Assembly: GCA_963786955.1 (NCBI GenBank)
Contig: CAWBAT010000009.1
Coordinates: forward strand, 288,001 to 352,000
DNA length: 64,000 nt
Origin: an uncultured Acidimicrobiia bacterium
GTDB lineage: Bacteria > Acidobacteriota > Terriglobia > Versatilivoradales > Versatilivoraceae
Reading direction: 5' to 3'
The position numbers and the translations under genes were made by a program. Numbering within the stretch: position 1 is the first letter of the stretch; each line of letters opens with the position of its first letter. Positions 9,852-18,040 of the stretch are shown piece after piece. The notes under the pieces are model-generated. The model saw only the letters and a program-made list of their open reading frames with translations, was not told the origin of the DNA and made no database searches.

Positions 9852-9950
9852 GTCTAACGGCTCAACGTTCAGCCGCAAACGGCGCGAAAGCCTGCTTCAG
9901 TTGCGCCGTATCGCCACTCGTCGTTTGGTGGCTGCAGTGCCGGGCAGTCT
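9852..9950 (+). other. Degenerate attC-like hairpin
   Basis: GTCTAAC then CAGCCGCAAACGGCG pairing with CGTCGTTTGGTGGCTG; no clean GTTRRRY at the 3' end. Confidence 0.45.
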
Positions 9951-10042
9951 GTTGCGTAATGCGACCAATGTTCCAACTCATTCTGCGATCCCCATCGCGC
10001 GGAAGACTTTCCAGCCGCCGTCCGGGAGCTTCTTGAGCGCCC

Positions 10043-10645
10043 TCAGCGAGTAAGCCAGCCCGCCAACGACAGCCACGTCGCTGTGCGGCCAATCAACTCG
10101 CGCGTCGTGTACGCCCAATATGCCGCCCCATAAGAAGGCTGAATGCACGCGACCACGCGTTATCAGGTCGTAGAGAAGCAGGCCGACAGAATACTGCGGT
10201 CAGGCTCATAGACGTCAATGTGTTCAGCGGCAGACTCGAAAACGCAAGCACGCCACTAGGCAACAAGAGGCGATCGAGCGCGGCGCCCGCCGTCACGATC
10301 GTCGCGAGCATCATCAGTCGCTTGTGGCTGTCGCGCTTGCGCCTGTTTTATAGACCCACCGCCACCAGCACAGCAAAAATAGCCAGGTTGCCGAGCGGAA
10401 CCGCAAGAAATTCCAACGGGGGCGGAAGCTCTGGAACCTGACCGCGTTTCGCTGCGGCGACCGCGACAGCGGTTCCCACGACGAGCATCGCTACCGCCAG
10501 CAACTGTAAGGTACACCAGCGCTGTCGGTTCTTGTACTTCCACGGAATGCTATTTACATTGTGGGTCGTGCTCTTCGTGACACAAACTGCGCTGGTCGCC
10601 GCGAGGCGCACTGACATGCACCGACGTCTCGGAGTCATCGGCGCT
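10043..10645 (-). pseudogene. Scrambled membrane-protein gene with an inverted N-terminal segment
   Basis: + strand 10532-10645 HGMLFTLWVVLFVTQTALVAARRTDMHRRLGVIGA continues on the - strand as LLAVAMLVVG...HKRLMMLATI...YDLITRGRVHSAFLWGG...WLSLAGWLTR*, with frameshifts. Confidence 0.65.
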
Positions 10646-10658
10646 CCTGATTGCGCCT

Positions 10659-11195
10659 CTAAGGCGCGACTTTGGTGGAGGTTCCATCTACGATGGTTAC
10701 ATAACGGCCGTTCGCGTCGAGCATTTCATACTTCGACGTAAGCTGAGAGGCTGATTTGATGGTGACTGTCGTTCTTCCTTTGACGGCTTTGCCAAACACC
10801 TTGTCTTCAACCATCCACGTCCAAGTATTTCCGTTAGCCGTTCCTGTGCCGATACCCACAAGTCCGGCGCTGTTCGCGTAATATGATGTGTAGACCTTCG
10901 CATGGCTGTCGTAGGCCATGATGCCGACGGTCCTCGGTATGATTTGCCCTTCAGCGCGGCGAAATTCGAGATAGAATCCCCCCGGATCTAATGTATATGT
11001 TTCGGTGGTGACAAACTTAGCGGCCGGCACAAACTCGTTGGCTTTTATCTCGCCTTCCGTTTTCCATGTGCCAAGGAAGTACTCCAACTTCTTGTGCTCG
11101 GGGCCTGGCTTGGGGGGCTCTGGTGGAGCTTGTGCGAGCGAGAGTGCTGTGAATCCGCAGATCAGAATGACGGCGACCGACGATCGTATGCTCAT
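10659..11195 (-). CDS. DUF1579-like secreted protein
   Basis: RBS AAGGAG, signal peptide, PKPGPEHKKLEYFLGTWK, MAYDSHAKVYTSYY. Confidence 0.75.
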   Translation of the reverse strand: MSIRSSVAVILICGFTALSLAQAPPEPPKPGPEHKKLEYFLGTWKTEGEIKANEFVPAAKFVTTETYTLDPGGFYLEFRRAEGQIIPRTVGIMAYDSHAKVYTSYYANSAGLVGIGTGTANGNTWTWMVEDKVFGKAVKGRTTVTIKSASQLTSKYEMLDANGRYVTIVDGTSTKVAP

Positions 11196-11210
11196 TTTCT
11201 TCTCCTTTGA

Positions 11211-11818
11211 AAGCGCGATCAGGTTTCTCGAGGCGCTCCCTTTTGTCAATGAACGTTACGACTCCGTCGGTGACATGTCCTTAAGGATTTGCTAAGATTC
11301 GCCTAAATCTTATGGCCAGCCGTGAGGTATTTCATTTCGACAAGTTCACGCTCGACGTGCAAGAGCGGCGTCTGATGCGCGGCACGGAAGCCGTTCGCTT
11401 GTCACCGAAGGCTTACGATATGCTGGTTGCGTTGGTGCAGCGGCGGGGCCGTCTGGTTACGAAGGACGAATTGCTGAGACGCCTCTGGCCCGAGTCATTC
11501 GTCGAAGAAGGCGGTCTCACCGTTCACGTGTCGGCGCTGCGCAAGGCGCTTGGCGAGGACGCCCACCGGCCGATCTATATCGAAACGGTGGCGCGGTCCG
11601 GGTATCGCTTCATCGCTGCAGTCCGGTGCGATCTGGCCCACGAGAAGCCATTAACACCGAGCGCCATAACGCGACCCGTCGAACTCTACGAACTGGTCGG
11701 CCGCGGCCGGTCTCACCTGTTGTCAGGCTCGTACTTCGAACTGCCTGCTGCCGAGGACGCCTTTCGTTCCGCGATCGCGATCGATTCGACCTATGCACCG
11801 GCGCACGCCGGCTTGGCG
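11211..11818 (+). repeat. 608-bp direct repeat, copy 1
   Basis: Matches 14260-14867 with about 8 substitutions. Confidence 0.95.
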
Positions 11819-12667
11819 CGCACACGGTGCGTGCAGGCAGCGTTTCGGGTCGTGCCGCACCAGGAAGCGTTTACGGAGGCGAAAGCGTCTGCCTTACGCG
11901 CGCTGGCGATGGACAGCGCCTCGGCGGACGCGCAGGTTGCCCTTGGCACGGTCCTTTTTCTGAGCGAGTGGGACTGGACGGCGGCGGAGCGCAGCCTGCA
12001 CCGTGCGCTCGAAATCAATCCGGATCACACCGAGGCGCTCCTGCAGTATGGGTCGCTCCAGGAAGCGCTCGGGCGGCTCGACGATGGGCTGCGTTGCAAG
12101 CAACAGGCGCTCGCGCGCGATCCGCGATCGCCCGGAGTTCTAGTGCAGATCGCCATCTCGTATTGGCATCAGCGGAAGTACGACGAGACGCTCGTCTGGG
12201 CTCGGCGAGCTCTTGAGATCGATCCGAAGCATATGCTGGCGGTTCAACTCATTAACCACGTCTATATGAAGATCGGGGACGTCCATAGATTCGCGGCCTG
12301 GACCGTCAGTAAGGCCATCGAGTGCGGCCTTTCCGAAGAGAAGGTGGCGGTGTTGAAGCAGGTCACCGCGGACATGCAGCACGTGTACGCGACGGCCGGC
12401 CTCTCCGGGGTGAGGCGATTCATAGTGGATCAGATCACGAACCCGCAACTGGACTTCGACGTGTTGCTGAAGATGGCATTCTTCCGCGCCATTCTGTATG
12501 GGGACGCAGGCCGGCTCGATGAAGCGTTCGACTACCTCGATCACGCCATTGGGTTCCGCGACCCAGCACTCGTTCACCTGGCGGTCGCACCCGATTGGGA
12601 GAGCTTGCGCGGTGACCCGCGGTTCACAGAACGCCTGCGATCGATGCGACTGTCCTACGCCGCCTGA
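11312..12667 (+). CDS. CadC/OmpR-type winged-helix DNA-binding protein with TPR repeats
   Basis: FDKFTLD, LSPKAYDML, LVTKDELL..LWPESFVEE, IETVARSGYRF; TPR helices; C-terminal DPRF. Confidence 0.9.
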   Translation: MASREVFHFDKFTLDVQERRLMRGTEAVRLSPKAYDMLVALVQRRGRLVTKDELLRRLWPESFVEEGGLTVHVSALRKALGEDAHRPIYIETVARSGYRFIAAVRCDLAHEKPLTPSAITRPVELYELVGRGRSHLLSGSYFELPAAEDAFRSAIAIDSTYAPAHAGLARTRCVQAAFRVVPHQEAFTEAKASALRALAMDSASADAQVALGTVLFLSEWDWTAAERSLHRALEINPDHTEALLQYGSLQEALGRLDDGLRCKQQALARDPRSPGVLVQIAISYWHQRKYDETLVWARRALEIDPKHMLAVQLINHVYMKIGDVHRFAAWTVSKAIECGLSEEKVAVLKQVTADMQHVYATAGLSGVRRFIVDQITNPQLDFDVLLKMAFFRAILYGDAGRLDEAFDYLDHAIGFRDPALVHLAVAPDWESLRGDPRFTERLRSMRLSYAA

Positions 12668-12748
12668 CCAGCCCCGTTAGGAATTCTCCTCGGACCAATA
12701 TAACTTGGTTCTAAGTACGGATATCGCGCGAAGCCCCACCATTGGAAA

Positions 12749-12773
12749 GCGGAGAGGGGGGATTTGAAAACCC
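12749..12773 (-). other. Relic resembling a tRNA(-Ser) 3' end, possible old att site
   Basis: GCGGAGAGGGGGGATTTGAAAACCC resembles the reverse complement of a T-arm plus acceptor strand. Confidence 0.4.
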
Positions 12774-12963
12774 ACAAAGAGTGACGGAATATCACGTTAG
12801 CTTCGAATCGTAACGATACTGGATTCACAATGGGCATGTCGGGACACGCGCTGGGTCACAGTTCTTCATACCCGCCAACGTAGTCTCTTGGATGCAAGGC
12901 TCCGTTATGTAGGCCCCACCGCAGGAGTCCCGGATTCGTGCACGCGCCCTTTGTGAACTAATC

Positions 12964-13662
12964 TCATTTACTTCTCCTTTCGTTTTGCTTCACAAAACAC
13001 TGCGGACAAAAGCCTACGCTATAGTAAATTGGGGCATTTTTCACTAGGTGAGTTAGGTGCCACGGCCACGACCGCCACCTCCTCCGCCAAATGTCACGAA
13101 AGTACGCCGTCCAATTCGTGTATTCCACTTTGATTGTCAGTTCATGCCCGCAGGCATATTTCGTGATGACAGTCTTTGGATCTGGCTTCCACATCGGTGA
13201 TTTGATTTTGATCTCTTCGTCGTCTCCCGACGGCATTACTTCGCATGGCACGCCATAGACATAACCAATCCAGCCAGCCAGCGGCTCGATTGCCGGTGTG
13301 CACCAGAGTCGCTTGGGATAGCCGAACTGCGCACGATAGCCATCCTCATGCTCGATGACCTTACCCCATAGGTTAATCTCGCCGTAGACGAGCCTGAGTC
13401 CAGAATTGGTTTTTCCTATCTCACGTAGGAGTCTCGGCTTCTCCTTGTAAGCATAGATGCCACACGTACAAGTCAGGTGTGGTGCCTGCTGCTCGCTGGG
13501 ATCCTTCCCAAGGACCAAGGTGCCAATGGTCGAATACTGTTCACAGCGCGCTTCAATCTTCTCACGAGGCACGTAGATCGTGTCGTTGCCAAGATTGGCA
13601 AGGAAGTGCGGATACATGAAGTTCCATAGTCGCCAGCCGACGATGGGTTCTCGGACGATCAC
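12964..13662 (-). CDS. Hypothetical protein with EPIVGWRxW / APHxxCxCGIYA / LWGKVIEHEDGYRA motifs
   Basis: 232-aa ORF; GTG start overlaps the upstream TAG; RBS AAGGAG 8 nt upstream. Confidence 0.75.
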   Translation of the reverse strand: MIVREPIVGWRLWNFMYPHFLANLGNDTIYVPREKIEARCEQYSTIGTLVLGKDPSEQQAPHLTCTCGIYAYKEKPRLLREIGKTNSGLRLVYGEINLWGKVIEHEDGYRAQFGYPKRLWCTPAIEPLAGWIGYVYGVPCEVMPSGDDEEIKIKSPMWKPDPKTVITKYACGHELTIKVEYTNWTAYFRDIWRRRWRSWPWHLTHLVKNAPIYYSVGFCPQCFVKQNERRSK

Positions 13663-13778
13663 TACGCTGGCTCCTTGACTGGATCGGCTGGCTGCTCGAA
13701 TGGTACTTCTTTCTCTGGTACCGGTTCTTCTAGTGGCACAACTTCGATGATTCTTAGTGGTTCACCTATCTGAGACAT
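13662..13778 (-). CDS. Unannotated 38-aa Pro/Glu/Val-rich peptide MSQIGEPLRIIEVVPLEEPVPEKEVPFEQPADPVKEPA
   Basis: Translated by hand; RBS AAAGGAG before ATG 13778; stop TAG overlaps the next start (TAGTG). Confidence 0.75.
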   Translation of the reverse strand: MSQIGEPLRIIEVVPLEEPVPEKEVPFEQPADPVKEPA

Positions 13779-13908
13779 GCTGTACTCCTTTCATTATGAT
13801 ATGCGCCAGCCCGAGTATGACCTCGGAAAACCTGCGCGATTGTCCGCAAGCACGTTATTGATATCAGCAGGTACCTCCAGTGATTATAGCAGGACCCATG
13901 CCGTCCTG

Positions 13909-14196
13909 CTACTTCTGCGGCGTCCGGAACGCTTTCATTGCTTCCCACGCACCTGGCGCCTGCCGTTCGAGCCACGCGACGTACCGGGTAACTGCCTGTT
14001 CGAGATTCCGAGAGAGCTTGGAATTGTTTGTCATCTTGCGGAGGTCGTAGACGATGTCTTTCACCTTTCCCAGGTGCCAACCATTTCGCCGCCGGCAGAT
14101 TCGAAAAGACCCGGCGACAACGTAAAAAAGACGATCGGAACGAAACGACCCACGGTGCAGTGTTTGCTCCTGCGCTACGGCACTAGTGTTCGACAT
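13909..14196 (-). CDS. Hypothetical protein
   Basis: 95-aa ORF co-oriented with the peptide pair; no motif recognised. Confidence 0.35.
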   Translation of the reverse strand: MSNTSAVAQEQTLHRGSFRSDRLFYVVAGSFRICRRRNGWHLGKVKDIVYDLRKMTNNSKLSRNLEQAVTRYVAWLERQAPGAWEAMKAFRTPQK

Positions 14197-14259
14197 ATCT
14201 GCCTTCCAAATCTTCCGAATGGTTCACTGCACAGTTCGTTGCAAAGGTAAAGTTCTTCG

Positions 14260-14867
14260 AAGCGCGATCAGGTTTCTCGAGGCGCTCCCTTTTGTCAATG
14301 AACGTTACGACTCCGTCGGTGACATGTCCTTAAGGATTTGCTAAGATTTGCCTAAATCTTATGGCCAGCCGTGAGGTATTTCATTTCGACAAGTTCACGC
14401 TCGACGTGCAAGAGCGGCGTCTGATGCGCGGCACGGAAGCCGTTCGCTTGTCACCGAAGGCTTACGATATGCTGGTTGCGTTGGTGCAGCAGCGGGGCCG
14501 TCTGGTTACGAAGGACGAATTGCTGAGACGCCTCTGGCCCGAGTCATTCGTCGAAGAAAGCGGTCTCACCGTTCACGTGTCGGCGCTGCGCAAGGCGCTT
14601 GGCGAGGACGCCCACCGGCCGATCTATATCGAATCGGTGGCGCGGTCCGGGTATCGCTTCATCGCTGCAGTCCGGTGCGATCCGGCCCACGAGAAGCCAT
14701 TAACACCGAGCGCCATAACGCGACCCGTCGAACTCTACGAATTGGTCGGCCGCGGCCGGTCTCACCTGTTGTCAGGCTCGCACTTCGAACTGCCTGCTGC
14801 CGAGGACGCCTTTCGTTCCGCGATCGCGATCGATCCGACCTATGCACCGGCGCACGCCGGCTTGGCG
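14260..14867 (+). repeat. 608-bp direct repeat, copy 2
   Basis: Offset 3049 from copy 1. Confidence 0.95.
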
Positions 14868-14870
14868 TGA
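14361..14870 (+). pseudogene. Truncated duplicate of the wHTH-TPR regulator (169 aa)
   Basis: Near-identical to the first 169 aa of 11312-12667; stop created at the junction. Confidence 0.88.
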
Positions 14871-15391
14871 TGCGAACAGCAGGAAACCCTTTAACGATGG
14901 CCAACATGCTCCGGTCCGCGATACGCGAGTTGGATGTGGAGCTGCCGTTGGCGAACGTGCTCACAATGCAGGAGGTTCTGTCGGAGTCAGTGGGTAGCCG
15001 AAGATTCCAGACATTGTTGGCAGCTGTGTTTGCAAGTGCAGCTTTGCTGTTGGCAGGCCTTGGAATCTACGGCGTGATCTCATACAGTGTGGCCCGGCTG
15101 ACGAATGAGATGGGGATTCGAATTGCGTTGGGTGCCCAAGCGTCACAAGTTTCGATGCTGGTATTACGGCAAGGAATTCGACCCGTGTTGGGAGGATTAC
15201 TCGTCGGGGTGGCCGCTGCACTGGCAGCGGGGCAATTGGTCGGCAGCTTCCTGTTCGGCACCGAAGCGCGCGACCCGATGGCTATCTTGGCGGTGGTCAT
15301 GATGCTGCTTCTGGTCGCCTTGGCCGCGTGTTGGGCTCCTGCGCGGCGAGCGTCCCGAATTGACCCGATGGCTGCGCTGCGTGATCAGTAA
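14867..15391 (+). pseudogene. C-terminal fragment of a MacB/FtsX-like ABC permease
   Basis: GIYGVISYSV, EMGIRIALGA, WAPARRASRIDPMAALR; N-terminal part missing. Confidence 0.88.
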
Positions 15392-15429
15392 CAGGGGCTT
15401 CGAAGCACGTCTACTGTTTTGCACAGCGG

Positions 15430-16509
15430 CTAGTGTAGTGCGTCTAACGCTTCTTTACATTTGATAACTTTGGCCAGTATTTGGTCAGCTGTTGCTGTCC
15501 AAACGAAAACCTGAGGTTTTTCGTTATGCTTCCGCAAGTAGTCTTCGATGACGGCTACCAAATCAGGAACACTGGCAAAAGAACCGCGGCGAATGCGTTT
15601 CTCCGTGAGATTGCGAAACCAGCGTTCTACCAGATTCAGCCAAGAGCTCGAGGTCGGAGTAAAGTGCAAATGAAACCTGGGGTGGCGTCGAAGCCAGGAC
15701 ACTACGCGGGGATGTTTGTGTGTTCCGTAATTGTCGACGATCAGATGCAGGTTCAGCTCATCGGGAGTCTGGCAGTCGATCCGCTTCAAAAACCGAATGA
15801 ACTCCTGGTGGCGATGCCTCGGCATACAATCGCCGATCACGCGGCCGTCCAGCAGGCTCAGGGCGGCATACAGCGTCGTGGTGCCGTGGCGTTTGTAATC
15901 GTGAGTCAGGGTGCCACAACGCCCCTTCTTCAAAGGCAACCCCGGCTGAGTTCGATCCAGGGCTTGAATCTGCGATTTCTCGTCGACGCACAGCACCAGC
16001 GACTTATCGGGAGGATTCAGGTACAAGCCCACAATGTCACGCAGTTTCTCGATAAACCGTTTGTCTCGGCTGAGCTTAAAGGTCTTCGTCAGGTGGGGCT
16101 TCAGATTATGTTGTTTCCAGACCCGCCGGATGGTGGCTTCACTAAGCCCCTGAGCCGCTGCCATCGTGCGGGTGCTCCAGTGCGTCGCATTCGGCGGTTT
16201 GCTATGCAACGTTGCTTCTATGACGGCTCGAATCTTTGGGTCAGGAATTTTCGGAAAGCGTCCGGGGCGCGGCGCATCCTTCTCCAGACCTTCCAGCCGA
16301 AGCGCCAGAAACCGCTGGCGCCAGAGTTGTACCGTAGGGCGAGATACTCGCAGCGCCTGCGCGATAGCCTGACTCTGCATACCCTCAGCCGCCATCTGAA
16401 TGATCTGCGCCCGCTGAACGACTCGCAGAGGCATGCTTCGACTCCGTGCCCAGGTTTCCAAAATAGAGTGTTCTTCGGTCGAAAGGAAAATCATCGGGGC
16501 TATTCTCAT
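15430..16509 (-). CDS. IS630 transposase
   Basis: HTH region; CVDEKSQIQAL, HDYKRHGTTTL, IVDNYGTHK, SSWLNLVERWF. Confidence 0.96.
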   Translation of the reverse strand: MRIAPMIFLSTEEHSILETWARSRSMPLRVVQRAQIIQMAAEGMQSQAIAQALRVSRPTVQLWRQRFLALRLEGLEKDAPRPGRFPKIPDPKIRAVIEATLHSKPPNATHWSTRTMAAAQGLSEATIRRVWKQHNLKPHLTKTFKLSRDKRFIEKLRDIVGLYLNPPDKSLVLCVDEKSQIQALDRTQPGLPLKKGRCGTLTHDYKRHGTTTLYAALSLLDGRVIGDCMPRHRHQEFIRFLKRIDCQTPDELNLHLIVDNYGTHKHPRVVSWLRRHPRFHLHFTPTSSSWLNLVERWFRNLTEKRIRRGSFASVPDLVAVIEDYLRKHNEKPQVFVWTATADQILAKVIKCKEALDALH

Positions 16510-16570
16510 GACTCGACATCATAGCCAAGTCAGTAATATAAGTAAAGTTATTTATGACGCATACCACTAG
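15430..16570 (-). mobile_element. Intact IS630-family insertion sequence
   Basis: Ends CTAGTGTAGTGCGTC and GACGCATACCACTAG form an imperfect inverted repeat, each with a CTAG (TA target). Confidence 0.92.
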
Positions 16571-16655
16571 CAGATTCTCGTGTTTAAGGCCCGCAAGGGA
16601 ACTGGTTGGCCCCAACATCCTCCCTAACGCCGCAGCGTTTACCAATTCATTCCAG

Positions 16656-16690
16656 TGGTCGTATAGTCGCGTAACCGGAAACTAACAATA
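16656..16690 (-). repeat. Dispersed motif copy 3 (inverted)
   Basis: Core AGTTTCCGGTTACGC on the - strand at 16669-16683, about 15 bp from the integrase truncation point. Confidence 0.75.
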
Positions 16691-16698
16691 CTGAAGCT

Positions 16699-16908
16699 TT
16701 GGGAGAATACCCAAAGTACGTACAGGAACAGTTAAGCCATGCGTCTATCACCACCACGTTCGATACCTACGGTCACCTTATGTCGAGGGCACGGAAGGAA
16801 GCGGCTGCAAAACTGGAAAAATCGCTTTTTAACGATGATTCAAAGGGAACTGGTACCCAATTGGTACCCGAAACAGGTCTTCAGGAAGTAAATGAGCGCG
16901 TCAACTAA
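16699..16908 (+). pseudogene. Tyrosine integrase, extreme C-terminal remnant
   Basis: GEYPKYVQEQLSHASITTTFDTYGHLM...AAAKLEKSLF...ERVN*, clearly paralogous to 8920-9525. Confidence 0.85.
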
Positions 16909-16941
16909 ATTGGAATTGATTGCAGCTGCAGGAGTTAGTAA

Positions 16942-17016
<75 letters not shown>

Positions 17017-17037
17017 GTAGTGGCTCCGACGGGCGCA

Positions 17038-17065
17038 ATTATAGTCGAATGCCCTGCCCTGTCAA
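17038..17065 (-). promoter_or_regulatory. Consensus sigma70 promoter of tRNA-Asn
   Basis: TTGACA-N16-TATAAT followed by a GC-rich discriminator TGCGCCC. Confidence 0.85.
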
Positions 17066-17305
17066 TATGAGTTTTAACAGTCCCGATCTCATTTAGTTAG
17101 ATCCATAAGATCCTTCTAGACCTCTTGTTCATTAATGGGGCTCCATAAGGGGAAAAAACACAATCAGAACGATAAATAGAAGTCCCCCGATGGGGCTGAG
17201 AGGAAGAGACATCGACCTTAGACCCCCGTTAGATTAGAGAGAGGCAGTCACCACTCGAATTGAGACAGTCGCCCAGGAGTTGACTGGGCTGTGATGGATT
17301 GCGCC

Positions 17306-17334
17306 TTGACAAAGAACGGGTTGGACTGTATAAG
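17306..17334 (+). promoter_or_regulatory. sigma70 promoter of rpsT
   Basis: TTGACA-N17-TATAAG with TG just before the -10. Confidence 0.75.
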
Positions 17335-17414
17335 GTTGATGCACATTTTGTGTCGTGGACCTGCAAAAATGCAATACTATCCACCGACTAATCAGGAATC
17401 CGGAGAGCTTCTGA

Positions 17415-17696
17415 ATGGCAAATCATAAGTCAGCTGAAAAAAGATATCGTCAGAGCGAAAAAAGAAGAGCAGTGAATAAGAGCAATCTGAGTCGGCTCCG
17501 CACTCAGCTCAAAAAAATAAGAGCGGCGGTCACTGCGAAGAACAAGGACGACGTGAAGGCTTTGTTGTCTCCCACCCTCTCCTTGATCGATCGATCCATC
17601 CAAAAAGGGACCTTGCATAGGAACGCCGCGGCTCGCTATAAATCGCGCTTGATGCGGCAAGCCCATGAGATTCAGTCTGCACAGCCATCCTCATAA
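17415..17696 (+). CDS. rpsT: 30S ribosomal protein S20
   Basis: MANHKSAEKR...LHRNAAARYKSRL. Confidence 0.97.
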   Translation: MANHKSAEKRYRQSEKRRAVNKSNLSRLRTQLKKIRAAVTAKNKDDVKALLSPTLSLIDRSIQKGTLHRNAAARYKSRLMRQAHEIQSAQPSS

Positions 17697-17930
17697 TCTA
17701 GTCTGATCTTACCGTATTCCCCCGTCCCCAGACAGTCACAGAAACTCCCGCTTGCGTTCAAGCCTGCGTCGGGGGACAGCGATCCCACACACATGCTCTA
17801 CCCAGCGACGCTCATACAACTTCGGAACACGGGTGAAGTCGAGCTAGTCGCACATCCCCGGCGCTTGTGCAAGGCGGAAGGGAAAAAATAAAAGCACCTC
17901 CCCTTGGTTAAGGTGGACTCCAGTGGGTAA

Positions 17931-18002
17931 GGTAGGGCGGTCTCGCTGAGACCGCCGACACCAGTTTGGGCATGGCGGCGCGCACGGCGTGCGCGCCCTA
18001 CC
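17931..18002. repeat. Inverted pair of GTAG REPs (REPIN-like)
   Basis: GGTAGGGCGGTCTCgctGAGACCGCC ... GGCGCGCACggcGTGCGCGCCCTACC. Confidence 0.75.
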
Positions 18003-18040
18003 AGAGCGACCAAATGCTGACTGTGTTCAGGAAGCTTTTG

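Noticed and set aside
14675-15391. 238-aa ORF as a real fusion protein
   Set aside because: Its N-terminus is an off-frame reading of the duplicated regulator; permease homology starts near 14867.
15481-16524. 347-aa + strand ORF
   Set aside because: Antisense shadow of the IS630 transposase.
17715-17880. Hairpins downstream of rpsT as an ncRNA
   Set aside because: The GTCCCC/GGGGAC stem is real, but no SRP, tmRNA or 6S signature could be confirmed.
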